Shown here in pieces: positions 1-12,800 of a DNA stretch of 64,000 nucleotides; positions within the stretch are counted from its first letter, which is position 1, and each line of letters opens with the position of its first letter. Made by a program: the position numbers and the translations under genes. Under the pieces are notes generated by a model, which saw only the letters and a list, made by a program, of their open reading frames with translations, searched no databases and had not been told where the DNA came from. This DNA is from Klebsormidium nitens (taxonomy: Eukaryota > Plantae > Klebsormidiophyceae): contig DF237065.1 of NCBI GenBank assembly GCA_000708835.1, positions 62,001-126,000 of the forward strand, read 5' to 3'.

Positions 1-263
1 CCAGAGCCCAAGGCTTGGACGTTGGGCTTGGAAGTTAGCGCCTTCAATCATAATGCGAGGAAGACGAGGGGAGGACTGTTGCTTTGCACAGTTGCGGGCG
101 CCATGCTGGATCCCTCGTCAGGGCACGTCAGCTCGCCCCTCGCGCAGTGGTTCCCTCGTAGCGACCCTCTAGAGCTTCTCTCGGATGGGGGAATTCGCCC
201 TGTGTGATCAATTCCGCTTGAGGACGAGCGAAATTGCGCGGATCTGCCTAAGCATCCCGCGCA

Positions 264-648
264 GGCCGATCCGTGGCCGATCAAAGATGCCCGGAACTAT
301 CTACCGGGCAAGAGCTACTGGTAATTCTTCACGGGATTCAGCTCCCGGGGCTTACTTCTGAGAAGGCCGATCGTGGCCGATCATTGGCCGATCAATGGCC
401 GATCAAAGCGCGCGGGGGAGTGCTCTCGGGTGCCTCGAGGCTTGAACATTTGGCTGAGATAAGTTCCCGGGGCTTGCTACCGGCGAGGCCGATCCTGGCC
501 AATCAATTGAGCTGTGAATCCGCGGAGTGAACCTGCACGAGATTGATACCCGGGAGTCGATCACCGGGCATTTTACGCCAGCCAAATCTTAAGATTGACC
601 GAGCCTCGATGAAATAACCGGGGAGGCCGATCAATTTTTGATCGGCCA
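264..648. repeat. Cluster of GGCCGATC motifs (about 8 direct, 1 inverted); probable subterminal array of a DNA-transposon remnant
   Basis: GGCCGATC recurs at ~265, 274, 364-400 (four in tandem), 487 and 626, and inverted at ~638. No coding signal and no termini identified. Confidence 0.45.
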
Positions 649-2792
649 CTCTGAGCACTGGTCGCACGCGCATGCGGGCGTTCAACTTCAAGACTTCGAG
701 ATCCAGCCCGCGCATGCGAGCTGCACATGCTTAGCAAGTTAGCATGCGTTCCGGACTGATTTGCGGTAGAGCAGTAGGACTGAGCAGGCGAGGCGATACA
801 GGCTGCAATTGATAAATACTACATCTATTCAAAGCTGCTGCGGCCTTTCCGACTTTCTGTACATGAGACAGGCAAAATTACAGCTACTATAGTACAAGTA
901 AACAAGCGCCATGCCAGCTGGCCAGAAGAGTTTGGAAAGTTGGGCACCAGGTTGGGGATTCCTGCAGATTCCTGCATCTGCGGCATCAGTTAAACACTGG
1001 GGAAGCGAGGAACTGATCAATTCATGCAGATCTGCACTGATCAGCAGAATTTTGGGTACGTATGTACGACGTATGACACATCAACGTATTGGACGACGAC
1101 CAAAGGCCCACATACGTTGTCCGTATGCTAGGCTGATTTGGAGGCTGTCTGAACGTACCGGCACATCCGAGATGCGTCTCCAGGTTAACAACATTCCCAC
1201 AACATTCTACTCATCGACGCTCCTCGCTTCCAAGTCTTGAACTCCCCGCACGAGTGCATTGCTTGTGGGGGCTCAGTGCCAGTACTTCACATCCTGCCTG
1301 TTCCTTCCTATGTTGCTGAGCTGACGGTGCTTGTAATGATAACTGGGACTGCTTAATCTGCTTACATCCCATGTCCGTTCAAAGTCGAACATACTTCTCT
1401 AAGATCTACTTATCCAAGTTTCAAATTAACGCCGCTGCATTTACCTTCGCATTTACGCCATCGTCACTAAAGGGCAATGTACAAAACGCAGAGACCACGT
1501 ACTGACCCCGTTCCCCCCCCGTTCTGGCAATCTGCACTAGTCCGTTGCTTCGTTGCTCAAGGGGCGCCTACGAACCTTTTGCAAGTGACCCCAGTAACAA
1601 CGGAAATGCAGTGCTAAACCGCAAACGGTGCCGCACTCTCGTCGACTTTGCCAGCTCAGCCTCGATCAAGTTTACTTTTGCTATTCACACAACACTGTGC
1701 TTTGCTGTACTCTCGTGCAGTGCTGTTTCTGTGTATGTCCTGAATGTCTAGATGTGGATGAAATGGAACGGTTAAGACATAAGCAAGACGTATTGAGGTA
1801 AGAGGACACCGTGTCGAAAGACAGCTACTAAGAACCGTAACAACGTGTTATGCAACGGGTCAAAGAATCCACATCACGGCCCTGACGCCACTTCCGAGTC
1901 CGTTCCGGTCAGGACTTTGAGTTCCGGTGCAAGTGCGTTCGAATCATTCGAAGCTTCATGTATTTCATGCATTGTGGGGCATACCAAAAGTAATTCGACA
2001 TGTTCGAGAGGTCGAGCTTTCGGTCAAAGCTGGCTTGCAACAGAAAGAAAGTGAAGGCAACAGATTAGAAGTTGCTTTCGAACCGTTAGGTTGTTCACAA
2101 GAGCGAGACGTAGTCGATGCCGCAACATATGCAACTCGTTTCGTGTCAGCTTATCAGTAGACCCTAGAATCTTTGAACTCGTAATTCAAATACTCCGACC
2201 GTTTGTTACAAAAGAAAGGTGGGCTAGTAACCAATGCCAAGCTTAGTGGATCTGTAAGTCGAGGTGGATCGGCCACTGAGACTCGATAAAACCTGCTGAG
2301 ACAATCCACTGAAGCGGCATTTTGCTTTTTTCTTTGAGTCCCTCGAGAACAGCTTACAATGACGTCCATAGAGCGGAGCTTGCCATGCTAGGGGACTCGG
2401 AGAGCATTCGAATCAACAGCCGTTCAGATTTGAATTTATTTCTGGTTCAACTAAAACTACTATTACAATCTGCTGCATGCAGCCATGCCGAGTCTCCTAT
2501 AGTACACCTATTACACTGCTCCGCTTTCAAGCAGATCGTTAGAGTTACCTTGTTCGTCGATCTGCAGCTCTGCACATATGACAGCTGGCATCTGTCCTGC
2601 ATTGACCAATCAACTTTATATTGAGCTACGTAAAGCAATGCAATTTTTGCCATTATCAAATAGACTGCTCGCGAATGCGGCCCTGATACAAGACCTAAAG
2701 ACGACCTCTTACCCAGCCTGTCTATCGAGCCTACCACCGACCACTCAAAGCTCAACCTTTCCAGCCAGCTTATTCCTATCCTGCCAAGTTGC

Positions 2793-4707
2793 TCAAATCG
2801 GTTTGCCTACTTCGCAGTCAATTGCCACGTAGGGCCCTTTCGACCTCCGAGCGTTGACACGTGTCACCAGGACGTGGAGGAGGACGGTGAGAATCGCAAC
2901 CGCTGCCAGGTGGCTCGCAAACAGCCAGGTGACTAGGCCCGCTGCCCGGTCGGTTGCGTAACCGGAAGCACAGACAACTGGCCTGAAGTTGGGGTCGTTT
3001 TCGGGGTCCATAAGCGTTGGCTTGCATCCGGTGGGCATGGTTCCTGGGGCAAAAAGAATTAACGTAAGATTGTCAGTTCAAGGTTTTGATGTTTTGAAAA
3101 GTTGGGACTTTGAGGAGCTTGAGGTGGTGTATGAATGAAAAAGTGAATGGGCGGTGGTCAAGGGAAAGAAAGAAGAGGTCGAGATGATCGGATGAATGAA
3201 AGGGGGAGGACCCGCGTAAGACTTCTGCTTGCGGGAAAGAGCAGGGGTTTGACATGGGGAATGATCAAAAAAAGTAGCATCTTGAAAGCAACTTCGAGGA
3301 GAATAAGGAGACAGAACGAACTGCAATCAGATTTCTTACAGTAGAGGGTGCAGCTGCTCTGCCTGACTTGCTGACTCCCTGCTTCATACTTCTTCAGGCA
3401 AAAATGTGACTTCCGAACCCCAGTCCACTGTGCGAAGTTTGAGAGAAGCTGATCAAGGCCCTTTACGTACGTATAGCTGGTTAAGCACCTGAAAAGAAGC
3501 TGGTTTCAAGTAGGAACTGCCTATCTGCGACCCAATGAAGAATTCTCAAAGCGCCCCAGATTATGAAGGTCTCCTTTTGAGTGGCGTGTTCCAGATTCAC
3601 ACAGTGTTGCTGCAGACTTCTCAGACGCTGCGGATTGGGGATGTTGACACAAACACATACTCCTCCCAGTCCTGCACGTGACATATAGCCACCGGTGGAC
3701 ACTTTAGAAGTCATACTTATTACTTTCTGACCAGACAAAACATTGGACATAGGTAATGGTAGCTGGTCTTGATTGACCAACGGCAGAGATTTGAAAATCC
3801 TTCGAACAATGAGAGAAAAAGCTGAACCCCAGCTCACGCGCTTTCTGCCCCGGCCCACACTACTTACCAGAGTAGCCCAACTATCACCTGAGCCCGTACT
3901 GTCGTAAGTCGCTCAGCTATTGACTCACTCAGCAGGCCTGGCTGGAGCATTGCCACTGGATTGAAGGGGCTCTCTTTTGACTCTTTATGGTTTGAACGTT
4001 CAAACTCCACACCCAAACAGAAGGACCTCATTATGAGACTCACCTGGGATGAATAAAAGGAACGCCGCCTGCACGAGCCAGGTCCCCTGCAGCGTGAGCG
4101 CCGCCGCGGCTCCCAAGTCCACCATCACATTGTGCCAATGCCCCGCCGCCTGTAACAACGCGAGCGCCATACACGCGCCCACCGGCAGACTGTACATATT
4201 GTGCACCGTCATTTGCAACCATTCCACCCCTTCGAACATGTGGGACCGAATCAACACAAAAATGATCATCCATTGCACGCCCCACGCGCCGTGCAGCGCG
4301 CCCGCCGGGAGGTCCAGCCACGCTGAGCGCGCCTCGGCCGCTCGCGCGAGCGCCGCGCACAGGACGAACCCTGCGTAGATGACGAAATGTTGGTAGTTCT
4401 GGAGGCCCGTTATGCTGGGTTCGCCAGTCGCACGGCCGTCCGGTGAGATTAGCTCGACAAAGGTCCAGGCTACGATGATCGGCACTCCAGCTATGCCCAT
4501 AAGCGCGTACAGCTCTATGTGTTTGAGCCAGCCTTTGCCGGCCCGGTGATACACGCGCGCGACGTAGACGGTCCCCGCGGATTTGGTCCGTGCGAATGCG
4601 GCGAGGCAGTTGAGGGTGTGCCAGACGCCCATTGCAAAGAACAGGAGACCAACGGATGTGTGCTCAATAACAAGATAGTATTGGGGTACCAAAGAGACTA
4701 GCCCCAT
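2793..4707 (-). CDS. TMEM45/DUF716-family multi-pass membrane protein, 2 exons (4707-4044, 3043-2793)
   Basis: ORF MGLVSL..EHTSVGLLFFAMGVWH..NYQHFVIY..HMFEG..HNMY..LQGTWLVQAAF..MPTGC resembles plant TMEM45-like proteins. The phase-1 GT-AG intron 4043-3044 joins the two ORFs. Confidence 0.8.
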
Positions 4708-6878
4708 CTTTGCTCCGTAGAAAAGTCCGCGGCCGTCTCTTGGTCTCTTGGCGCTCGTTGCAGTCCCTTTGCTCTGCAGCTGTGTTCTCAAAGTGACTGC
4801 TCTCCTTTGATCCTTGCACCAATGTTAAAGGCTGTTCTTACCTCAAACAGAGTCTACTTCACTAGTGACTGGCCTTGCTCATCTTCCCCGTTTAACTTCT
4901 CTTCTTAGTTTTAATCCCCCCTGTAGCTTTATTGGTGGTGAGGCCGAGAACTACCTAGCTATCTGCCCGCTATCTGATTCTGATTTGTAAGCATGAACTG
5001 AGCAGGCTACTCCCTCCAGGCTCAGCTGCCTATCGGCTGAGGACTCAAATTAGAGTGCAAACTTAGTACTATCGCGGTACCTAGTAGGACAGTCGATATG
5101 CGAGACGTTGCCAGCGACAGCTTGCTATGGATATGGACCACGAGTTGACGTCTTGCCACTTGGTCTCCTGCAGGCTTGAACCAGGCAATCATTCAATCAT
5201 TACATATCGATACGGTAGTACTAAGTAGTAAGTAGGACCACTAATTTGACCAGTGGGGCCGCGTCTCAAGTGTTCACACACCGCACATGGGCTGTTAACT
5301 AAATTACAAAAATAATCAGAATTGTAGCTCAAAATAGCTCAAAAGAAGACGAGTATTTTAACACTACAGATCCGAACCCAAACATTCACGTCCTGATCCG
5401 AACCATTGCCCAATCTAAACCCCCTCATAAACCCACTCGTTCCAGTGACTATAAGTTGAGCTTATGCTGCTGTAAAGAAATGTTACATTATAGTTGTGAG
5501 TAATGAGTCTAGGTAAGTAATACCTACGTATAGAGCGACACACTAGGCTGTGCCATGATTGTGGCACCGTACTGCAGTACTGTTGCAGTGTTGCACGCGC
5601 ATCGTGACGCGGATGTCCACAATAATTGTAGCACGCCGCCCATGCATGCGAGCAGTACGATCAGGGGACGTCAGCTGACAGCGGCCAGCCACAGAAACTC
5701 AGTGAACGTCCCGGGCCATCCGATTCTGGATTTATGGGGTCTGAGTCAGGACCACAAAGACCGATCGGGGGAACCAATCAGCACCTCCCGATAATCATTG
5801 AGCACATTAAGTGGGACGGTGACGTCCGTCACGCGTGCGAACGTCTAATTTGATTTTGTCGACATGTATGTCGACATGCAGTAAACACCTTACTGGGCAA
5901 CGCGCGTGTCCACTGTGCAGTGTGAACTGCTTGGAAGAGGGCTCCAGCCTCCCGGGATAATATGCTCGCGTACTTGATCGTGTACGGTCAAGCTCTTGGT
6001 ATTGCTATCATACGTCTATTGCTCAGTCTGTGTTGGACAGCTGGAAGCTGTAGAGGAGCTAGCTATAGTAGACAGTCCTTGTTTGAAGTTGATTCCATCT
6101 TCAAGTAATTGTTCAATCAATTGCGAATCGAGGTTGATCACCTCAGAGCACCTGTCATATTAAGAAGCGGCCATGCATTCTCATCTGACCGTCATCATTC
6201 ATGCTATTGCGATCTAGCGGCCGACCGGCCCCCTTCAGGTCGATCTCCGGTCGGCCACTACATCAGACCCACTATATTAGCAGTGTCGCCCAGTGCATGT
6301 CCTTCAATCTACATCAAGATGCAAGCGAAATCGAAAATCGTCTATAGTTTGCAACGCGCGGTGGTCGTCAAAATTTCAAAGGTGGGGGAGGTTTCAAGTT
6401 GCACCAGCAAGTCTTAAAGTATAAGTTTATGTATAAAAGATGTATAAAAGACGGGACGCTATGTAGGCTGTTCTATGTGCTTAAGGTGCTCTATAAATTT
6501 ACCAACAGCAATCTGCGAACAAGGACCATACACATATTGGAGATTCGACTGGGGTTAAATTAGGCCTCCAGCAGTGCCTCGAGGTTTTGGGGGCACCCTT
6601 TAAGCAGCTGTTAGGTGCGTAGGCACTGAGTCAGCTGCCAGTGCAAGGAAGCCTGATTCAATCTGGTCCCGGCAAGTGCCCGGAAACGCTCAAAGAAACA
6701 TATGATGACAAATCTCACATTGCAGCCACTATATTCAGTGCATTGGCAAACCACGTTTGGGGTCAACTTGTTCACGTCTACTTGATGTGCGCCGCTGCAA
6801 CTGGAAACACTCCCAACCCTTTCTTTCCACTCGTCACATTCTAGATATGTCCGGATACGAGTACTGCCAACTCGGGAT

Positions 6879-9800
6879 TTAGTACTTCGACGAGTCCTGC
6901 AACTGGAACGCGCTCGCCGAGTCTAGCAACCAGCGGTGATGCACAACCACCGAGCCTTTGCCCGCGGACCCGGACAGCCCCAGTGCCTCGGCGCGCCTGC
7001 CGTCCGCGGCGTCCGTTTTCGCGCCCGGGGGGCCGTCTGCACCGGCAGGCTGACCCCCGAAGTAGAGAATGACCGTTTCCGGTGACTTGTGGGACTTGCT
7101 CGATGGGGCCGGTGCCGCCTGCAGCCAGGAAAACGGTCCGCTTGAGTTAGTCATTTGGCTAGAATTGCGAGTTTCCGCTTACTTTGTTCTGTCACCAACA
7201 CTACATCAAACGGTTTGAGTCGAATCAGTTTCAAAGCGTCAACAAAGCATGCTCAGGAGCAGATGCTCCTCCTCCCCCAAACCAGCAGTAAGCCACATGC
7301 GCCTTATTCGCTGCCTTAAAGGCTCACTCGGCTTCCTCCCAACCATTTATCTTGTTTCGTCACGAGACGCATGCTGACTTTGGCAGCGAAGAGCCTACAA
7401 TTGCCGCAAAACAACTCTTGAGCTAGAAGGTACCCAGATCTTTGTAAGAATTGGGACCGAACAAGGTTATCGGAACGCATCAGGTAATCAGAAGGGCTGC
7501 GTTGTAGAGCGAGCTTCACCTCATTGGGGAGGGGCCTCCGCGCCAGCACCGTACCCCCCCCTGCCGAGACGACGGCCGCCATGTCCGCCTTTGAGGGCGT
7601 CCCAGGCCAATCACCGGACAGGAAGAAGTCGATGCCGTCGAACAGGGGGGCAGCGCCCTGGAAAGATTGATTTTGTGGTTAGCAGGACGTTATCGACAAA
7701 CCCTTTTGACAGGACGTCGAGGTCTCTGAGCGCTGAAACGACTGCCAAAGTGATGGGGAGTGTCAGAATAGGAGAGACTGTGGAATGGCGATGGAAGCTT
7801 TACAAGGAGGAGCGTGAGCAGGCAAGGAGAAACTCAAGAAAAGCAGATGATAAGCGCTACGTCGACTGTCTAGTAGAAGCGAAACACTCAAACGGACGCA
7901 GCAGGCACTTTTGCGCGGTTGCGTGGAAGAGAGGCTTCAATATAGTCTAGAATATCTTCCTTGAAAGCTACTTGTAGTTACTCATTTATTCATCACTGTA
8001 GGGTTTTTGTGTAAGCCCCGCGCATTGTGACATCTCCTGCGCCGCTCTCTGCGCTTTACTTGATTGGTGAATAGACGGAGCACAGACGGCATGACCCTTT
8101 TCCTTGTTTCTGCTTTCATAGCAAGACAAACTTCGCCTCAAGCACGACCGCTCTCGACTAAGAAGGAAAACACCATCTGGGCAATAATGGACACTCTGAG
8201 AGAGTAATGCAAAAGTGAACCCCGGCGCGAGGAAGAAAGGGAAGACGCCAAGAGGGAAGACGGAAAGAGGAGTGTGTACTAACCTTGCGAGCTGCCATTC
8301 GGCCCTTCTTAGGGCCACCGGTTTCGTTTTGCGCGTCGCCCAAGACCTCGAACGATGCCTCCTTAGCGGGCTGGCTCAGCGCGAGGCTCTCGGTGACCCC
8401 TGTAGCAAAAAGACTCAGCAATTGAACCTCGAAACCTTATAAAGGCAGTATTTTTGCTGGTACTGCACGGCAGTACTGCATAACTGGAGTTTATCCTCCC
8501 GTTGACCCCAAGGAAACAAGCACAGACACCATAGAACAGGCAGGAGCAGGGCGGAACAAATGCAGAAAGGAAGAACCGAGCGAAGTATACTCGTTTGAGC
8601 AGAAGATGCAAGTATTGATGTTCAAAATGCATAGAACGAGAGGGAGCAAGGCGAACAAAGCCAGAAAAGAAGGAATCGAGTCACGTATATCAATCCGAGC
8701 AGATGATACAAGTAATAAAATTTAGAAAACATAGAACGAAGGGAGCAAGGCGAAACAATGCAGAAAGAAAGGAACCGAGCCAAGTATATTCATCGGGACA
8801 TATGGAAAAAATCGACGAAAACAATACATAGGTAAAAGTCAGGGACTAGAGAGCAATAGGAGCAGATTAAATTCGGCCGTCAAAATTGAGGCAGTTGAGG
8901 CCGGATTGCGGAAGACGTTGGAAAAAGAGGAAAACGGAACAGAGAAGCCGGAGAGACGGGCTCACATTCTGGAGTAACGACCCACTGCCCGGTCAGAACG
9001 GCGGTCAGGTATTTGAGCGTGCGCTTCGAGCGGAGCTTCTCGTCGACGCCCGTGATGACGTGGGTCACGGCGGGCGACCAGTCCTTCACCACCTGCGCGC
9101 CCGACGAATGCGCGAGCAGCGCCAGGTCATCCTGACGTGGTGGGAACGTTATCCAGTTAGTTCAGAGTAACCCAGTCTGGAACCATAAGACTTGAAAGGC
9201 AGGGCGGACAAGGTGATTCGGTCAGCTTAGGAAACTCTGAATTCTGGTGGATTTTCTGGGAGTAGGGCACTGCTCTCTCGAGAGGTGTCACGTAAGAGCC
9301 GAGAACTGGACGCGTTTGTGACCGCAAAGAGCATAAGACTGGAAGGATTGCTCAAACATAATGTCGGAGTCTGGGAGAAAAAAGTACTTTGTAAGCAGGG
9401 AACGGTAGTCGTTATCGAGCCGGCAATGTGCCATTCTAGTGGGAATGGCACTCGACAAGCCGGACGACCAAGCGAACAGCGCAAGTCGGCTTAGGAGAAA
9501 GGAAAGCGATGCACTTTCTTCAGCATTTCCAAAGCGCTGTTTTCGTTGAACAGTGACGACTTTTGTCCCTGCATCTCCTCGCGCAAATCTGTAACGCTTG
9601 CAGCTTGCGTCAGGTTGGCCAGTTCCTTTAGAAAAGATTGGGCCACGAGAAAGTAGCTAGAAAATTCACACGGCCTCCTACCGCCCAGTCATGCCCAGAT
9701 TCGCATTGCAATGTTTGCCCAGTGACAAAGTCAAAGCAGAACGTATATTCCTCGATGGCTCGTCAGGTCGAAGAGTGACGTACCTTTTCTTTTGGAGAGA

Positions 9801-12800
9801 GGCCGGAGCCCGTGAGCACCCACTTGGTGCCAGGCGCGCCCGCCCACTTCATGCTTGCCGGGGTTGCTTGCACGGATGGGGCAGTCTTCGCACGCTTTGG
9901 ACCTCTGCAAGGAAGAACCAAGAGCTTGAGTCCCTGATTCGATTGAAGGAAAAGAGTATTCGAGTCCTCGCGTGCAATGTGGAGCAGAGAACCTGAATCC
10001 CTGAAGTGAATTGTTGCAGCATAGGCAATGAAAGTCACTTCTCCTGTGAAAAAAGTAAAGACGGTCATTGTTAAAAAGCGCCTTCTGACTGTGACCGGTA
10101 GATCTGTGCATTCGTTGCAAACCGGTCTGCTTGGGTGCGCCAGCTTGTGAAGACCCGCTTGGGCAATCGTTTGACGGTTTGAACCGCTGCTGCATGTTAC
10201 AAGATCTTACAAAGCGTAGACTTTCAACCGCGTAGGACTGCTTTATCATCCGAAAGGGCAGACACGCGAAAATAAAGTCAAAACAACGGAAATTTTCGGA
10301 AGGGAAATGAAGGGAATGCGATTCGTACCGTGCAGTCTCGGCGGCCTTCCGCTTCTTCGCCCCGCCCTTGTCCTTGCCGTTCGCGGGCGCTTCTTCCTGA
10401 TCTGAACCGTCGAATTCGTCGATCTCCATCTCAAACGGCAGCTTCTCCGAGGAGTGATCGGGGCACAGCATGACGTACGACTCCTGCGGATCGGAGGCGA
10501 CAGCTTGTCAGTACAAAATCGAAGCGGGAGCTTATGGACTTCGTGTTTGTTCTTGTTTTGGTCTGCAAATGTGGTTCGCCCGAGCGCAGAAGACATTCTG
10601 CGGCCTGACTGTGGCAACAGAGAGAATAACAGAACTTGCAACGAGAGCATCGGGTGGAGGCGATCCGGGTAAGACAGCAGGCCCCACAACACTTCCCGCG
10701 TTCAGGAATCCCCTATGGGCTTCGTTCCTTTACGGGCAACCCAGATTCTATGCAGAAATAGGTTCGTAGGGCCTTTAGAATTGTGTCTTCGAAAGGTGTG
10801 GGCGGAGGCGAGGGCGCGTACCGCCCCATTTCAAAAGCAGCCGGGAGAGGCCTTCCACCCTTGTTGCAAAGTCATTGAAAACGCGGCGTGGAAGGGTAAG
10901 GCCGATCGCTTTGAACGCTTCAATTTCACCGTTTTGTCTTGTTGGATCGACTCATTTTATTGCTAACCTCCTTCATGGCTTCACCAAGACCATTCTAAGT
11001 TTCCGTCACCTCGTACCAGCTCGTGGGTTCAATGTTTTTTTGAAGTCCCCCTCACCTCGTCAAAGCGGCAGCCCTCAAGCTGCCGGCTGCATGCGTAGTG
11101 GTACGTGTGGCGGCAGCGGGGCAGGAAGCACCCGAGCGCGGCACCGCGGCGGCTGCACACGCTGCACTTGAGCTGGCGGGAGCGGGCCAGCTCAGAGTCC
11201 AGGTTTGCCAGCTCCTCGCCCTCGAAGAACACGTTGGGCGCCCTAGGGTAGGAGTAAAGAAGCACCTCAAAAAGAAGCGGAAAAGTTGGAAGCCATGGAT
11301 ATCATGTGCATTACTTTCAACGTACGCTCCCTGCTTTGGTGCGAGACAATGAAGTTTTCAGCTCTGAAGCGCCAAACGAACACGGTTGATAGGCGGATAG
11401 CTTTGGGTGAAATGACCACATTGGGAACATAAAACGAGCGGTGGCTTTTCTCCTGATCTTAGCAGATGAGTCTGCTTTGAAGATCGCAAAGTCGATTGAC
11501 ACAACCGTTCCATTGCCTAAGCTTGTCCCGAAGGTGAGGATACGTGCTTTTGAATTAGAAATAGAGTCGTGATGACAGGAATCACAAGTCAAGGACCACA
11601 CCATCACTCCTCAAACTGCGACAACGACCTTCCTCCTATCGGATGAGCAGTCTCACCACTGTGCGCAGAGCTCGTGCACCACCACGCTCGCCAGCTGCAC
11701 CCTCTTGCGTTTCCCCCCACTCTCGTTGTCCGCTCCCCTCTCCTCAAAGCCTTCCGCCGCCAGGAGCCCAATTTGCGCCGCCCCTTTCCTCACCAGCTTT
11801 CCCGCAACGCTGGAGTCATCACCTAGCCCACAGAATCCGCACACGGGCTTCTCGCAAAACACGGGGGGCCCTCCTGAGTTGGGGGGGCGGGAAGTCGAGG
11901 GACACAGGCCAGTGTCACCAGGGGTTTTGGCGGGCACGCTCGGCGTCTTTCCGCCCTCTCCTGCGGGCTTCTTGCTAACATGAGGCGTGGTGCTCGGGGC
12001 CGCGGCTGCACTGACAGCTGTTGGCTCGGCGCTGACACCTGTTGCCTTGCCGGCGGCCGCCGGGCCTGCGACGATCCCCCTCTTCCTCTTGCCCGCCGCG
12101 GCGGCCCTCTGCTTCGGCTTGTGCTCGCTTGCTGACGTCACTTTCCCCTCCTCTGCTGACGTCACCTTTCCCTCACCCTCTGCCGCGAGTCGTGCGACAT
12201 GGCTGGCTGCCCCAGACGCTGTTTTTGTCAACCCAACCGCCGCAGCGACAGACGCCCGAATCTCGGCTTTGAGCTTTCCCTTTTCCGACACGGCCGCTTC
12301 CTCCCCCTTCGGTTCCACAGCGTTCCGCTTTGGCTCCTTGGCCCCCTGCTTGCTCCCTCCCTTCTTCCCTTTCCCGCCCTTCTTCTGTACGCCCTTGGCC
12401 TCACCCTTTGTGGACGGTGAGGGGGGGAGTGACGCCTCTTGAACCCCAAGCCCATCCTCTTGAAGGAACGCGTCAAACGGAGTATCGTCCTCGCAGCTGT
12501 AGAACTCCTCCCTTGCCACCTTCTCCCCATCTTCTTTTCCCGCACCTTTCCCCCTTGCTTTCCGACCTTTGTTTGCCGCTTTGGCCCCTTTCTCGGTGCC
12601 CACAATCTCCCTTGACACCAATTCCCCCGGCGAGGCAGCGCCTTCTTTCAACCTCATCGCGCCCTTCTTCCCGCTGCTGACCAGGTCGCTGAAGCTCATC
12701 GGGGGGGAGGCTTGCGTGGGCCGCAGCTGCGTACCTCCCTCGGGGTCCTGAGTCCCGACTTGCCCCCCCATCCAGAAGAACGGCTGGAAGCCGCTCCCTC

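Noticed and set aside
9560-9630. Possible extra BRCA1 exon (ELANLTQAA) after a TAAAG acceptor
   Set aside because: No good donor, and the flanking exons already join in phase to give a complete BRCT.
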